Origin: Ruditapes philippinarum | Taxonomy: Eukaryota | DNA length: 64,000 nt | NCBI RefSeq assembly: GCF_026571515.1 | Contig: NW_026867059.1 | Span: 1-64,000 of the forward strand | Direction: 5' to 3' | Shown: positions 64,000 to 64,000 of the stretch, in pieces | Position numbering within the stretch: position 1 is the stretch's first letter | Layout: each line of letters starts with the position of its first letter | Notes under the pieces: generated by a model | What the model was told of the DNA's origin: nothing | Seen by the model: the letters and a program-made list of their open reading frames with translations, nothing else | The model's database searches: none | Position numbers and translations under genes: made by a program

Positions 64000-64000
64000 A

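Overview
AT-rich, intron-containing animal DNA. The repeat families and the B-box/NHL gene type suggest a bivalve mollusc (inference). Three loci are visible. (1) 1-24 kb, minus strand: five divergent exons, each encoding Met + a lipoxygenase-type PLAT/LH2 domain + the start of the LOX linker. Each ends at the same phase-0 splice donor (...G[PA][AP]xQ CAG|GT), and no lipoxygenase catalytic exons are visible between them. The best model is one lipoxygenase gene with a tandem array of alternative first coding exons spliced to shared catalytic exons left of the window, a protocadherin/UGT1-like variable-constant design. The variable exons differ in N-terminal targeting-like sequence and in Ca2+/membrane-loop residues. 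(2) 33.6-59.5 kb: a head-to-head pair of C16orf87/UPF0547 paralogs, reconstructed exon by exon. One is canonical (plus strand, about 191 aa). The other is derived (minus strand, about 202 aa), with a duplicated zinc ribbon and a new coiled-coil C-terminus. (3) 62.4-64 kb: a 5'-truncated, intronless B-box/coiled-coil/NHL-like (TRIM-like) ORF. Introns and intergenic DNA hold many non-autonomous elements: Helentron-type HINEs, piggyBac-, hAT-, Tc1/mariner-, Kolobok- and Mutator-like MITEs, tRNA-derived SINEs, LINE relics, and a miniature LTR element whose LTRs carry a tRNA-Lys-like sequence. All homologies come from recognised motifs; no database search was run.
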